Below are positions 63,658 to 64,000 of a stretch of 64,000 nt of DNA, one piece after another. The translations under genes were made by a program, and so were the position numbers. Origin of the DNA: Azolla caroliniana (Eukaryota; Plantae; Polypodiophyta); the NCBI GenBank assembly GCA_043228905.1, contig JBHGNT010000151.1:1-64000 (forward strand), in the 5' to 3' direction. Position 1 is the stretch's first letter. Each line of letters begins with the position of its first letter. Under the pieces are notes generated by a model, which was not told the DNA's origin, did no database searches, and saw only the letters and a list, made by a program, of their open reading frames with translations.

Positions 63658-64000
63658 ATAGAGTCAAGCTTCTGCCGAGGAGAAGTGATCGTAGTTGTGC
63701 TCTCCGAACCGTGCGGAATAGTCGCCCATTACACGGCTCTCTAACTTGACTTTATCTGGGTCTTGTTTAACCCCAGAGGCCGAAAGGAGGGTGGAAACTT
63801 CCTCACAAGTTCCCTCCTCCTTTCCTCCTTGGGGACCCACTTTGTGATTTCCTGAAGTCCACTCTCTCCTGGAGTTTGCAGAGAGGAAAATGGCTTTTCA
63901 GTTAAGTCAGGTAAAACTTGCTTGCCTTTTCGCCGAAAAAGCAATAGAAAAAAGTTATGAATACAAGAAAGAAGAAACCGCAACCGCAGCCCTGGATGAT

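Overview
Land-plant mitochondrial DNA, most likely from a leptosporangiate fern. The evidence is very dense C-to-U and U-to-C editing (ACG starts, many in-frame stops at Gln/Arg positions), introns at fern-typical sites (nad1i258g2, atp1i361g2, an rrnL group I intron) and abundant 4-6 bp microsatellites. The supplied ORF track misses nearly all real genes because their stops must be removed by editing. Genes recovered by hand: sdh3 (3' end), nad1 exons 2-4, rps12-rps7, complete nad7 (4 exons), atp1 exon 2, atp6, rrnL with a group I intron, and about 16 different tRNAs, including a plastid-type trnM and a chlamydial-type trnR-UCG. There are also plastid-derived pseudogenes (atpA, rpoC1, accD, atpB/E), a plasmid RNA polymerase remnant and two group II intron RT/maturase relics. 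Everything from 47392 to the window end duplicates earlier sequence: 10824-21872 followed by 32798-38399, joined at a short repeat that lies inside the rrnL intron. The main observations are a cis copy and a split copy of the rrnL group I intron, candidate trans-spliced nad1i258 and atp1i361, one C whose editing would create both the rps12 stop and the rps7 start, a tRNA-Leu body with an inverted (UUG) anticodon, a trnT-derived tRNA-like element at the nad7 5' end, and a modular palindromic repeat family that looks mobile. Gene and intron names come from recalled homology, not from database searches.
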